NCBI GenBank assembly: GCA_964016885.1
Contig: OZ024764.1
Coordinates: forward strand, 3,038,001-3,102,000
Direction of reading: 5' to 3'
Source of the DNA: Eledone cirrhosa
Lineage: Eukaryota
DNA: 64,000 nt
Both the position numbers and the translations under genes were made by a program. Below, piece after piece: positions 27,995 through 40,424 of the stretch. The first letter of the stretch is position 1. Each line of letters begins with the position of its first letter. The notes below the pieces were generated by a model. The model saw only the letters and a list, made by a program, of their open reading frames with translations. It did not search any database and was not told the origin of the DNA.

Positions 27995-28037
27995 GAAACC
28001 ATTAACATTTGATCAAATAAAGAGAAACTTAAATAAG
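27995..28037 (+). CDS. PBRM1: Polybromo-1 43-bp exon: (E)KPLTFDQIKRNLNK
   Basis: tacag/gtgagt; phase 2-0; PLTFD.I motif of BD6. Confidence 0.92.
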
Positions 28038-28084
28038 GTGAGTACCTTTTTATCAGATCTTATTCTTCAACCACTTATTCCTGA

Positions 28085-28820
28085 GAGGGTCAAGGGGCCA
28101 GAGTCCTCAAACACTCGCCCCAGCAGGTTCTGTCAGAAGCAACCGTCTCCAACTGATCTGGTTTAATCCCCAAGTGAGACCAGCCAATCTCATGGATGAT
28201 ATCCAACCATTTTGCCAAGGTTCTACCGTTGAGATATTCTTTCCTGAGACATTCTAACCACATGTCTGTAGTATCAGAGCTGTGATCTCTCAATTCAGAG
28301 ATTCTCTCCTGAGACATTCTAACCACATGTCTGTAGTATCAGAGCTGTGATCTCTCAATTCAGAGATTCTCTCCTGAGACATTCTAACCACATGTCTGTA
28401 GTATCAGAGCTGTGATCTCTCAATTTAGAGATTCTTTCCTGAGACATTCTAACCACATGTCTGTAGTATCAGAGCTGTGATCTCTCAATTCAGAGATTCT
28501 TTCCTGAGACATTCTAACCACATGTTTGTAGTATCAGAGCTGTGATCTCTCAATACAGAGATTCTTTCCTGAGACATTCTAACCACATGTCTGTAGTATC
28601 AGAGCTGTGATCTCTCAATTCAGAGATTCTCTCCTGAGACATTCTAACCACATGTCTGTAGTATCAGAGCTGTGATCTCTCAATTTAGAGATTCTTTCCT
28701 GAGACATTCTAACCACATGCCTGTAGTATCAGAGCTGTGATCTCTCAATTCAGAGATTATTTCCTGAAACATTCTAACCCCATGTCTGTAGTATCAGAGC
28801 TGTGGTCTCTCAATTCAGAC
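28085..28820 (-). mobile_element. LINE 3' end whose inner segment is amplified as about 9 x 65-bp tandem repeats
   Basis: GR...KWLDII...ASDR..W peptide, followed by an array with period 65. Confidence 0.65.
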
Positions 28821-29053
28821 ACTAACGCACACTCTTAGCATTCCATTTTATGTTAACAAGACTACCTAACGGTTTGTCTTGTTTTCTCTCATTATTTTGG
28901 TATTTTTTACTATGGACTACCTTTTATTTTCTGTCTCTATATTTTGTACGCCTGAAGAAGGGCTAAAGCCTGACACGTCAAAGTTTCTTTCCCCATTTCC
29001 ATATAAAGCACAACACTAAGACTTTTTGTATCTCGATTTTGTCGTTTCCTTCA

Positions 29054-29385
29054 TCATCCGCTTCATCATCATTTTACGTCCGCTTTTCCCTGCTTGCAAG
29101 AGTGGGACAGTTTCTATTCAGCACAGTATCTCTCCACTTGTCACAGTCCTTTGTCATCTCCTCGGTGTAAAGAAGTGCCAAGAAATGCCAGTAGAAGGCA
29201 GACGCAGTAGAGGTAGACCACGAAAAACATGTGCGGAAGTGGTGAGAGCAGACCTCAGATCTCTGAAGCTCACGGTGGAGATGACGAAGGACTATGACAA
29301 ATGGAGAGATGCTGTGCTGAATAGGACCCGTCCAACCCTTGCAAGCAGGGAAAAGCAGACGTAAATTGATATATGATGATGATGA
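29054..29385. mobile_element. RTE 3' end with inverted duplication
   Basis: 29070-29163 is the reverse complement of 29275-29365. Confidence 0.8.
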
Positions 29386-29452
29386 TATATATAAATAAAA
29401 CACGTGACCTATTATTTCAGTTGATATATATATGTATGTCTTTTCTCAACAG

Positions 29453-29539
29453 GGTCGATATGTTAGGGTTGATCGATTCCAAGAAGATATGTTCAAAGTC
29501 TTTGACCGTGCCAGACAGTTGAGCAGGACTGATTCCCAG
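29453..29539 (+). CDS. PBRM1: Polybromo-1 exon: [29 protein letters not shown]
   Basis: caacag/gtcagt; RY.R.D.FQE.MF...RAR...RTDS of BD6. Confidence 0.95.
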
Positions 29540-29559
29540 GTCAGTATATATATCTCTCT

Positions 29560-29702
<143 letters not shown>

Positions 29703-29918
29703 GTTCAAGAGTAACCAATCTTAAAGAGAGAGATGGAGATATGAGAGGAGAGATTGAAATATTATATGGAGTAGCGAAACAATTGTAAACGGACATTATT
29801 ATTATTAATATTATTATTATTATTATTCTCTACATTCCTTACATCAAACTAAAATATGTTGACAATCTTTTAATAATGTCTTCCTTGTGAAGTTTGTGGT
29901 CTTGTTTTGCTTAACTAA

Positions 29919-29955
<37 letters not shown>

Positions 29956-30005
29956 AAAAATATATATAATCTTCCTTCCTCTCTGTATCCCCCCCCCCCC
30001 AAATG

Positions 30006-30036
<31 letters not shown>

Positions 30037-30158
30037 TCCTGTATATATATATATTCCTCTCTCTAACTTTCTATATATATACTCCTTCCTCTCTCCCCCT
30101 CTCTCTCTCTCTCAACCAATACTCTATTCCTCTGTATCTCCCCCCCCCCCCTCAAATG

Positions 30159-30225
<67 letters not shown>

Positions 30226-30509
30226 CTCCCTTTCTTTCTCTCCCCCTCTCTCTCTAACTCTATATATATACTCCTTCCCTCTCCCTCTCAACCAATACCC
30301 TATCCCTCTGTTCTCTCTCTCTATATATATCAAATAAAAAAGAAAATGTCACTCTACATGGCTGAATACAATAAATGTAATCTGAGTTTTTCGAATATTA
30401 ATAATGACATTCGATTAGTTTGCAATTATGCAAACAAGCCTCAATTTTATAGCCATGTCAGTAGAATGAACTCTTCATTCTTGCTCTTGTGTTGGCATGT
30501 GAACAGTGA

Positions 30510-30555
30510 GCTGTACTGATGAAGGGTGATACCCAGAAACATTAGTGTCTGCAGT
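30510..30555 (+). ncRNA. Type-I hammerhead ribozyme at the apex of a ~140-bp hairpin
   Basis: GCUGUA-CUGAUGA-A-GGGU.GAU.ACCC-A-GAAACA.UUAG.UGUC-UGCAGU. Confidence 0.75.
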
Positions 30556-30699
30556 TCTGTTCACATGCCAACACAAGAGCAAGAATGAAGGGTTCATTGT
30601 ACTGACATGGCTATAAAATTGAGGCTTGTTTGCATAATTGCAAACGAACCGAATGTCATTATTAATATTCGAAAAACTCAGATTACATTTATTATATCA

Positions 30700-31187
30700 A
30701 CATCATCATCATCATCATCATCATTTTACGTCCGCTTTTCCCTGCTTGCAAGGGTGGGACGGGAACTGATTCTGGCTTGATTTCTACAGCTGGATGCCCT
30801 TCCTAACACCAACCTCATTTACAGTGAGTGCTGGGTGCTTTTTTGCCGTGGCACCTCCACGACCACTTTACAGTGAGTGCTGGGTGCTTTTTTGCCGTGG
30901 CACCTCCACGACCACTTTACAGTGAGGGCTGGGTGCTTTTTTGCCGTGGTACCTCCACGACCACTTTTCAGTGTAGGCTGGGTGCTTTTTTGCCGTGACA
31001 CCCCCACGACCACTTTGCAGTGGAATGATAGGGACCCCAGTCCCTATCATCTCATTTCTACAGCTGAGTAAACTGGAGCAATGTGAAATAAAGTGTCTTG
31101 CTCAAGGAAACAACACATCAGCTGGTCTGAGAATTGAACTCACAACCTTTCGATTGCAAGACCAATGCTCTAACCACTAAGCCATGT
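30700..31187 (-). mobile_element. SINE family A with the internal unit repeated four times
   Basis: Reverse-complement copy with tandem gctgggtgcttttttgccgtggcacctccacgaccacttt units. Confidence 0.85.
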
Positions 31188-31233
31188 GTATATATATATA
31201 TATGTATATCTTCCTCTCTCCTCTCTCCCACAG

Positions 31234-31452
31234 CTCTACGAAGATGCCATAGAGATGCAGCTGTTCTTTATCAAGATCCGCGATGAGCTGTGCAAAAACG
31301 GTGAGATCCTGCTGACCCCAGCCCTCAGCTACACAGAGAAGCACCTACAGGCGGCCCTCGAGTCCGAGAAGAAGGAGAAGTTTCCAAAGGAACAGCAGGA
31401 TGAGGAGAAGAAACGAAACTCCGAGGCGGAAGACAAGATGGCTTCATCATCG
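31234..31452 (+). CDS. PBRM1: Polybromo-1 exon: LYEDAIEMQLFFIKIRDELCKNGEILLTPALSYT...
   Basis: FFIKIRDELCKNGEILL.PALSYT closely matches vertebrate PBRM1 as I recall it; cacag/gtgagt. Confidence 0.97.
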
Positions 31453-32536
31453 GTGAGTCACGAAATTATGGCCCTTTACACTCTCAGTTCAAATCCCGCC
31501 AGGGTTGAAAAAATGAAGTACCAGTAATGCATTATGGGTAATTGCTGGCCTTGTGCCCATAAGGGCGGTGAATTGGCAGTATCGGTAGAGGGTTGGACGC
31601 CATGCTTTCTAGCATAGTTACGTCCCTTTCCAGTCTGACTTCAAATCACACTTTATAGTGTGGACTGGGTGCTTTTTGTTGTGACACCTACATGACCCCT
31701 TTACAGTTTGGACTGGGTGCTTTTTGTTGTGACACCTACATGACCCCTTTACAGTGTGGACTGGGTGTTGTTTGTTGTGACACCTACATGACCACTTTAC
31801 AGTGTGGACTGGGTGTTGTTTGTTGCAACACCTACTTGACCACTTTACAGTGTGGACTGGGACACTTTTTCTGGTGTGTGTTTGTACCATCTTTTTTTTC
31901 TGTTGGTATTTAGAATTATTGTTGTTATGGTCCATTTTTGTAAACCTCATACCATTTAGTTGCTTGGACAAACCCACATTTCTCAGATATCATCCAGTGG
32001 GGGTTGTGATGCCTTTGACACAAGTGAAGTGTCCACCTAACCCTTATGCCCTTCCTATCTATAACACTAGGGAGGTGATTATGCCCTTGACACAACTAAT
32101 GGGTCCTCCTACGTCTGGATGCCCTTACTACAATACAATATGACCACAAGATATAACAAGGTTGGGGCCAGGAAATATTACCTCCAAAAGGACCCCACGA
32201 TGAGTCTGAGGTGTGTCATAGTTGGAGGAAGGGGGGTCCACCAGGTAAACCCTTTCTTTAGCTGGGAAGATGGCCGTATAGGAAACATTGCCTACATAAG
32301 GACACCATGATGAGTATAAAGGGTTTCATATGGTGGGGTGGGGTCCAGCAGGTAAACCCTTTCTTTGTCGAGGAAGTTGATCCTACAAGAAACAGGGCCT
32401 CCAAAACGACCCCCATGGAGGTGTGTTGAAAAGCGAACCCTTTCTTTAGCAGGGAAGATGAACCTACAAAGGACCCTATGAGGTGGCGTGGGGGATTGAC
32501 AAGGCAGAGCCTTTCTTCAGCAGGGAAGACAGCCCC

Positions 32537-33183
32537 TTAACCCTTTAGCATTTACATTACTCTATATATACTATTGTATTGTCACAGTAAAGGCTTTACC
32601 TCACATAATATCTCACATAACATTTACATTACTCTATATATACTATTGTATTTTCACAGTAAGGGCTTTACCTCACATAATATCTCACATAACATTTACA
32701 TTACTCTATATATACTATTGTATTTTCACAGTAAAGGTTTTACCTCACATAATATCTCACATAATATTTACATTACTCTATATATACTATTGTATTTTCA
32801 CAGTAAAGGCTTTACCTCACATAATATCTCACATAACATTTACATTACTCTATATATACTATTGTATTTTCACAGTAAGGGCTTTACCTCACATAATATC
32901 TCACATAACATTTACATTACTCTATATATACTATTGTATTTTCACAGTAAAGGCTTTATCCCACATAATACCTCACATAACATTTACATTACTCTATATA
33001 TACTATTGTATTTTCACAGTAAAGGCTTTACCTCACATAATATTGAATCTATGAGATTTTGAAAGTATTTATTTTGAGAACATTACCTTAACACCAGTTT
33101 GAGTGACCAGTTACAGCCAGTTTCAACAGAAAGAGGTAGAGAATTCTGGTCGGTTGTGGGCGGTTTGAACATTAAAGGGTTAA
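32537..33183 (+). mobile_element. TTAA MITE with about 7 x 72-bp units
   Basis: TTAA-CCCTTTAGCATTTA ... TAAAGGG-TTAA. Confidence 0.8.
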
Positions 33184-33238
33184 ATGTTTGTTGTTGTTGT
33201 ATCTTTATGCTATAACTCCCCACCTTGTGTCGTTGTAG

Positions 33239-33312
33239 GAGAGAATGGAGACCAGCATAAAATACCGGGAGCAGATTTATAGTATTGGGGATTTTGTTTA
33301 TATAGAACCAAG
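33239..33312 (+). CDS. PBRM1: Polybromo-1 exon, start of BAH1: ERMETSIKYREQIYSIGDFVYIEP
   Basis: Y..GD.VY.EP BAH motif; tgtag/gtaact; ends in phase 2. Confidence 0.93.
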
Positions 33313-33467
33313 GTAACTACACTCTCTGTCTCTCTCTCTTTGTATGTCTCTCTCTCTCTCTCTCGCTCTCCCTCTCATTCTGTCTCTCTCTCTCTCTCTC
33401 TTTGTATCTCATTCTCTCTCCCCTCTCTCTCTCTGTATATTTATATATATATATATATATATATATA

Positions 33468-33645
33468 GAGGTAGACCACAAAAAACATGGGCGGAGGTGG
33501 TGAGAGCAGACCTGAGATTTCTGAAGCTCACAGTGGAGATGACGAATGACCGTGACAAGTGGAGAGATGCTGTTCTGAATAGGACCCGTCCCACCCTTGC
33601 AAGCAGGGAAAAGCGGACGTGAAATGATGATGATGATGATGATGA
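33468..33645 (+). mobile_element. RTE 3' end
   Basis: RGRPQKTWAEVVRADLR...DRDKWR, (ATG)n tail. A related minus-strand piece lies at 21308-21533. Confidence 0.85.
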
Positions 33646-33792
33646 TATATATATATATGTTTATATATATCTGTGTGTGTTTTTCTCTCTCTCTCTTTTA
33701 TATCTCTCTCTTTCTTACCCTCCTTGTATCTGTCTCCTCTCTCTTTGTATGTCTGTGTGCATTTCACTCTCTCTCTCTCTCTTTCTCTGTGT

Positions 33793-33856
<64 letters not shown>

Positions 33857-33899
33857 AGAAATGTAGAAATCCACAATTAATGAAAACACCATGTTTTTT

Positions 33900-33959
33900 T
33901 TTCATTCTGACGACTGAAAGCAGATTTATTTGCTTTCAAGAAACCACTGGTAAATGAAA
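33900..33959 (+). ncRNA. Type-I hammerhead ribozyme (solo, sense to PBRM1)
   Basis: UUUCAUU-CUGACGA-C-UGAAAGCA...UGCUUUCA-A-GAAACC.ACU.GGUA-AAUGAAA. Confidence 0.8.
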
Positions 33960-34149
33960 TAATTATCTTATGTTGTTTATTACATAATTATATATATATA
34001 TATATATATAATAAATGTAATCGGAGTTTTTCGAATATTAATAATAACATTCGATTCGTTTGCAATTATGCAAACAAGCCTCAATTTTATAGCCATGTCA
34101 GTAGAATGAACTCTTCATTCTTGCTCTTGTGTTGGCATGTGAACAGTGA

Positions 34150-34195
34150 GCTGTACTGATGAAGGGTGATACCCAGAAACATTAGTGTCTGCAGT
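34150..34195 (+). ncRNA. Type-I hammerhead ribozyme, same sequence as 30510-30555, at hairpin apex
   Basis: Same core and stems, within fold-back 34009-34335. Confidence 0.75.
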
Positions 34196-35114
34196 TCTGT
34201 TCACATGCCAACACAAGAGCAAGAATGAAGGGTTCATTCTACTGACATGGCTATAAAATTGAGGCTTGTTTGCATAATTGCAAACTAATCGAATGTTATT
34301 ATTAATATTTGAAAAACTCAGATTACATTTATTGTATTCAGCCATGTAGAGCAAAAATTTTCTTTATTATATATATATATATATAAAGGTTTACATATAT
34401 ATATATGTTTTGCAACGGGTCACTTTGTGGCTCAATAAAAAGTTAATAAATTAAATAATCAGAGCTATATATCATAAAACATGTCTATAGAATCACCAGA
34501 TAAAATATATACCATTTCCTCTCCCAATTAGCATAATTAACCATATAAAAAATCGAATAGACCAAGCTATAAGAATAATATAGGGCTGGTTTCGGTTATT
34601 TGTTGGAGATTTCTTCATAGAAGCCTTTATTCTTATAGCTTGGTCTATTCGATTTTTTATATGGTTAATTATGCTAATTGGGAGAGGAAATGGTATATAT
34701 TTTATCTGGTGATTCTATAGACATGTTTTATGATATCATCATCATCATCGTTTAACGTCCATGTTCCACGCTTGCATGGGTTTGGACGGGAGTTTTCCCA
34801 CTTGAGGTAAGAGTGGTTGTCATTGCTCGCATAGGACTGTCTGGCGGGTTTTCTACAGCTGGATGCCCTTCCTAACACCAACCACATTTACAGTGTGGGG
34901 CTGGGAGGTTTTTACCGTGTTACTTACACGGCCACATTACAGCGTGGACTGTGTGTTTTTTTTGTCGTGACACCTACACGATCTCATTTGTTTCAGCCTG
35001 GATGTTGTGGCACCAACATAACTTTACATTGAAAGGGGCGGTGTGGATGGGGTGGGGTGGTGGGACGGGGGTGTATTTTGTTAGAGATGCCTACTGACTG
35101 TAGTAGGTTTTACT

Positions 35115-35428
35115 TTGTATTTAGGTAAGGCGGGTCTTCTCTATTACTGAGTACCGCCAAAGGTCTCGGTCCAGTGACATTGTCTTGGAGAGGTGTAAGT
35201 GTGTGAGGTCGGAGTTTATCAGGTCGTCCCAGGTTTTTCTGGGTCTGCCTACTCCGTGGCTACCGTCTATCTTTATTGCTCTGCACTTTGTTATACAGCT
35301 GTCGACTTTCATGCGCATCACGTGACCGTACCAACGTAGTCTTCTCTCGAGCAAACAACATCTGATCCCTCTTATTTCTAATTTTTTCCTTAGTTCGTTT
35401 ATGCTTTGCCGTTCACGTATTATTACGA
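35115..35428 (-). mobile_element. RTE-clade LINE 3' end (second family)
   Basis: RRLRWYGHVMRM...GRPRKTW...DRDLWR. Confidence 0.85.
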
Positions 35429-35469
35429 TATATATATATATATAACCTTCCCCAATTATATATTTCCAG

Positions 35470-35608
35470 GGAGAATGGTTTGGAACCTCACATCATGTGT
35501 ATTGAAAAGTTGTACCATGACAGCGCCGGTCTCCCAGTTCTCCATGGCAACTGGTTCTACAGACCCAACGAGACATTCCACCTAGCAACACGCAAGTTCC
35601 TGGAGAAG
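35470..35608 (+). CDS. PBRM1: Polybromo-1 exon, BAH1: ENGLEPHIMCIEKL...WFYRPNETFHLATRKFLEK
   Basis: WFYRPNETFHLATRKFLEK motif; tccag/gtattt. Confidence 0.97.
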
Positions 35609-36114
35609 GTATTTCTTCTTGTTCTTATTCTTGCTGCTCTTGTTGTTGTACATGTGTGTATTTCTGTTGTGTGTGCTTGTGTGTCTGTATGTGTGTGTTT
35701 TTTTTTGTATATATGTGTATCATATGTATATGTGTTTTCATGTATTTGTACATGTATGTTTGTATATATATATATATATATATTTACCCTTTTACCTGTT
35801 CCAGCCATGCTGGGGCACCACCTTTGAAAAATAATATAAATATATATATATATATATATGTGTGTGTATGTATGTATGTGTGGGTGTCTGAGTGTATATA
35901 TTTATCTGTAAGTGAGTCTGTCTATTTATTTATCTATCTATATGTGTGTATGTGTATATATATACACACACATACATACACACACACATACACACATACA
36001 TACGAGTGTGTGCTGAAAAGATCCTGATTTTAGGTAAAAGAAAATACTAGAGGATCACTTGATTATGATTTTATTCAATATATTCCTCTCTCAGATTCAC
36101 ACAAATATTGCAGC

Positions 36115-36660
36115 AGTCCTACCTCCCCTGTAAAGGTAACATCTCTACCTCCCCTGTACAGGTAACAGTTCTACTTTCCCTGTAAAGGTTACATCTCTAC
36201 CCTTTCACAGTCCTACCTCCCCAGTAAAGGTAACACCTCTATCCTTTCACAGTCCTACCTCCCCTGTAAAGGTAACAGTCCTACCTCCCCTGTACAGGTT
36301 ACAGTTCTACTTTCCCTGTAAAGGTTACATGTCTACCCTTTCACAGTCCTACCTCCCCAGTAAAGGTAACACCTCTACCCTTTCACAATCCTACCTCCCC
36401 TGTAAAGGTAACAGTCCTACCTCCCCTGTACAGGTTACAGTTCTACTTTCCCTGTAAAGGTTACATGTCTACCCTTTCACAGTCCTACCTCCCCAGTAAA
36501 GGTAACACCTCTACCCTTTCACAGTCCTACCTCCCCTGTAAAGGTAACAGTCCTACCTCCCCTGTACAGGTAACAGTTCTACTTTCCCTGTAAAGGTTAC
36601 ATCTCTACCCTTTCACAGTCCTACCTCCCCAGTAAAGGTAACACCTCTACCCTTTCACAA
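36115..36660. repeat. 136-bp higher-order repeat of 26-bp subunits
   Basis: cctacctcccctgtaaaggtaacagt variants. Confidence 0.9.
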
Positions 36661-36722
36661 TATCTTTAAAGCCAGGAACTTTTCAGCACCCTCCTTGTAT
36701 ATATTTGTATAACAGGTGAGTT

Positions 36723-37460
36723 ACACCCCACCACATTCTCACCAAACACCCACTACATTCCCACCACACTCCCCACATTCCCACCACACTCCCCACCACA
36801 CTGCCCACCACATTCTCACCAAACACCCACTACATTCCCACCACACTCCCCACCACATTCTCACCAAACACCCACTACATTCCCACCATATTCCCACTAC
36901 ATTCCCCACCATATTCTCATCACATTCCCCATCATATTCCCACCACACTCCCCACCATATTCTCACTACATTCCCACCACACTCCCCACCAAACACCCAC
37001 TACACACCCCACCACATTCCCCACCAAACACCCACTACATACCCCACCACATTCCCACCAAACACCCACTACATACCCCACCACATTCCCCACCAAACAC
37101 CCACTACATACCCCACCACATTCCCCACCAAACACCCACTACATACCCCACCACATTCCCCACCAAACACCCACTACATACCCCACCACATTCCCACCAA
37201 ACACCCACTACATACCCCACCACACTCCCCACCAAACACCCACTACATACCCCACTACATTCCCACCAAACACCCACTACATACCCCACTACATTCCCAC
37301 CAAACACCCCACCAAACACCCACTACATACCCCACTACATTCCCACCACACTCCCCACCAAACACCCACTACATACCCCACCACATTCCCACCAAACACC
37401 CACTACATACCCCACCACATTCCCACCAAACACCCACTACACACCCCACTGCACTCACCA
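36723..37460. repeat. C/A-rich minisatellite
   Basis: cccaccaaacacccactacataccccaccacatt units. Similar tracts at 45655-46060 and 48555-48720. Confidence 0.9.
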
Positions 37461-37534
37461 CCGTTGCCACCACCCAGACGTTGTGTTGTAACATGTCACG
37501 TTTTCTTTCTTTCATTCCATGTCCATAATGGCAG

Positions 37535-37639
37535 GAGGTGTTTAAAAGTGAATTCTCCACCACCATTCCACTCTCTCAGCTGCTAGGACCTAAATGTTAT
37601 GTCATGTTTGTCAAAGACTATTTCAAGATGAGGCCCCAG
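37535..37639 (+). CDS. PBRM1: Polybromo-1 exon, BAH1: EVFKSEFSTTIPLSQLLGPKCYVMFVKDYFKMRPQ
   Basis: EVFKS...KC.VMFVK.YFK; ggcag/gtaagt. Confidence 0.95.
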
Positions 37640-38067
37640 GTAAGTCCCTTCCGTCCTTTATCCCATCTCACCAACTCTAACCTCCTTTTATTCAACCATT
37701 CCTCTTTACCTCTTTCATTACCAACCTCGCTTGAAAACAGCCCCTGGTTCTATGATGTCACCTTCTTTCTTTTAAAGTGTTAAGTTATGTTCCAAACACC
37801 AACAGTGTCTTTCATTAGAAATATGGTAATGAAAGGGTTAAAGTGTTTATATTTATCTAGAAACCTTCCATCATAATTTTATGTAAGAACCTTTGTTAAG
37901 TTATGTTCCAAACATAATAACATGAAAGTTTAATAGAAATATTTCTAAATTCTTGATTATTTTCAAACTAAGTTATCTCGACCCTTTCTTTCTAAAGAGT
38001 TAAATGTATAAACTGTAGTATTTTTCCTTCATCTTCCATCAAACCCTGCTTCTGTTTCTTTATTTAG

Positions 38068-38142
38068 GGGTTTACTGATAAAGATGTTTATGTTTGTGAA
38101 TCACGGTACAACGCCCGACACAAAGCTTTTAAAAAAATTAAG
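38068..38142 (+). CDS. PBRM1: Polybromo-1 exon, end of BAH1: GFTDKDVYVCESRYNARHKAFKKIK
   Basis: DV.VCESRY...FKKIK; tttag/gtaatt. Confidence 0.95.
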
Positions 38143-38171
38143 GTAATTATTTTTGTTTTTCATTTTATTGG

Positions 38172-38614
38172 CCATATCCAGTTATATCTCGTTATAACTG
38201 GTTATGTCAAGTTATATCTGGTTATAACAAGTTATATCTAGTTGCACACAGTCATATTGAGTTATATCCAGTTATATTTGGTTGTAACCAGTTATATCCT
38301 GTTTTATCTGTTTATAACCAGTTGTATGTGGTTAGATCTGGTTATATCCAGTTAGGTCTGGTTATATCCAGTTAGGTCTGATTATATCCAGTTAGATCTG
38401 ATTATATCCAGTTAGATCTGATTATATCCAGTTAGGTCTGTTATATCCAGTTAGGTCTGTTATATCCAGTTAGATCTGATTATATCTAGTTAGATCTGGT
38501 TATATCCAGTTAGATCTGGTTATATCCAGTTATGTCTGATTATATCCAGTTAGATCAAGATTACATCCAGTTAGATCTGATTATATCCAGTTAGATCTGA
38601 TTATATCCAGTTAG
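38172..38614. repeat. 20-bp minisatellite
   Basis: ttatatccagttagatctga. Confidence 0.9.
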
Positions 38615-38629
38615 AAATTGTAACTATGT

Positions 38630-39010
38630 ATTAGTCAGTCTCTTCATACCGTGAGCAAAGAAAATCCAACTTGTTTATGGTCTAGGGCCCCCATTAGGTG
38701 AAAGACTTCATTTTTTCAGCTTTTTAGGGCTTTTTTTAGGTGTTACGTCTAGCCGATTTTCCCGAAATTTCAAGGCATATTATGCACATAAAAAAAATTC
38801 ATTTTCTTGATCCCCTAGGGCCCGCATTAGGTGAAAACCTGGATTTTTCCTGCTTCATCGAGGAAAATCTTAAAGATTATCCAGCCATCAGAGTATTCGG
38901 TTTATTTTCTTTACATATTGTCCAGGCATGCAGTTTTTCCACGATTAGGTCTGTTGGCGGCCCGCGTTCCAAAATACCTTATCCCGTGCAATGCTGGGTA
39001 CCACTGCTAG
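38630..39010 (+). mobile_element. Helitron-like 3' end
   Basis: Subterminal hairpin cccgtgcaatgctggg, then CTAG followed by T. The 5' boundary is a guess. Confidence 0.45.
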
Positions 39011-39099
39011 TATATATATATATATATATATATATATCTATTTATATATAATACATTATATAGAGAAAAAAACACAAAAAGGGGATATGTTTTCTTCTC

Positions 39100-39436
39100 T
39101 ATATACTCCTTCTGGCTGAGTTTACACTCGCAAAGATTCAGCCTGCTTTCTCCAATCGTCCCGGTCAAGCATGACATTTCTCAGTTCATCGAGGTTATCA
39201 ATGTCAGCATCTCTCAGCAGGGTATCAATGAATGAGATGGCCTGTCTTCCCACGCTACTTCGTCCGACTGACGGTTTCCAGAACACAAGTTGTGATGCTG
39301 TCTCTTCTGGATGACTGAAGCAGTGCCCAGCCAGTTTCATTTGTCTGCAGGCAACTTATTTTGAGACTGGGGGTAGTGATCTGTATAGTTCCTTATTTCA
39401 CAGCTTCTGTTGCCAAGAAATGTTGAGAGCCATTCT
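39100..39436 (-). mobile_element. LINE 3' end (RTE-like)
   Basis: KLAGHC..HPE...W.P..G....GR....DTL..D...M.DR..WR. Confidence 0.8.
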
Positions 39437-39547
39437 ATATACTGTATTATTGAGAGCACGGTAATTTATTCCTTGAGCTCATAAAATTACAGGGGATTAA
39501 CGCGAATCTTTAACTCCGTTTTTATATATGTATATATATATATATAT

Positions 39548-39930
39548 ATCATCATCATCAGCATTTTACGTCCGCCTTTCCCTACTTGCAAGGGTGGGAC
39601 AGGAACTGATTCTGGCTTGATTTCTACAGCTGGATGCCCTTCGTAACAACAACCTCATTTTACAGTGAGTGCTGAGTGCTTTTTTTGCCGTGGCACCTCC
39701 ACGACCACTTTACAGTGGAATGATAGGGACCCCAGTCCCTATCATCTCATTTCTACAGCTGAGTAAACTGGAGCAATGTGAAATAAAGTGTCTTGCTCAA
39801 GGAAACAACACATCACCCGGTCTGAGAATTGATCTCACAACCTTTCGATTGTAAGGCCAATGCTCTAACCACTAAGCCATGTGCCTCCATTGCAAGGCCA
39901 ATGCTCTAACCACTAAGCCATGTGCCTCCA
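39548..39930 (-). mobile_element. SINE family A with duplicated 5' head
   Basis: Reverse copy; first ~40 bp repeated at 39890-39930. Confidence 0.85.
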
Positions 39931-39998
39931 TATATATATATACATGAAGAAGTATATAAAGGAGAACAAACTGTTAAAACATGTTTATTTAAAAACAG

Positions 39999-40037
39999 CA
40001 CCTACGTACGTTTCGCCCGAAAGGGCTTTTCAGGGCA
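39999..40037 (-). ncRNA. Minimal hammerhead motif with G8A core change
   Basis: Reverse strand: UGCC-CUGAAAA-GCCC.UUUC.GGGC-GAAAC-GUAC-GUA-GGUG. Confidence 0.6.
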
Positions 40038-40258
40038 TAGAAAACTAAAGAGTGTTCCTTACGTGACCCAGAAGGGGTTTTAAAAATAAGTTCAGATCAC
40101 AGTTCATTCTTCGTAACCACATGCAAATAACTACATGTATCGCCTATCTCTTCTTCTCTCTCTTGATACTTAAATACTCTATCTCTCTCTCCCTCTATAT
40201 ATATATATATATATTTACGATATTAACAAATGGAAACTATATTTATAAAACCATATAT

Positions 40259-40321
40259 ATTTTATTATACATATTTCAAGGATACCAAGTTAAATTATGG
40301 TATGCCTTCATCAGACAAAAT
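40259..40321 (-). ncRNA. Minimal type-I hammerhead ribozyme
   Basis: Reverse strand: AUUUUGU-CUGAUGA-AGGCAUACCA...UGGUAUCCUU-GAAAU-AUGU-AUA-AUAAAAU. Confidence 0.75.
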
Positions 40322-40424
40322 ACAATATATACCAGTTTTATAAATAAACATTGACGTACCCTTTCAAAATGCGACCATTACTTTTGGAAGACATTTATAC
40401 ATATATATTCCTTCTGTTTTCCAG

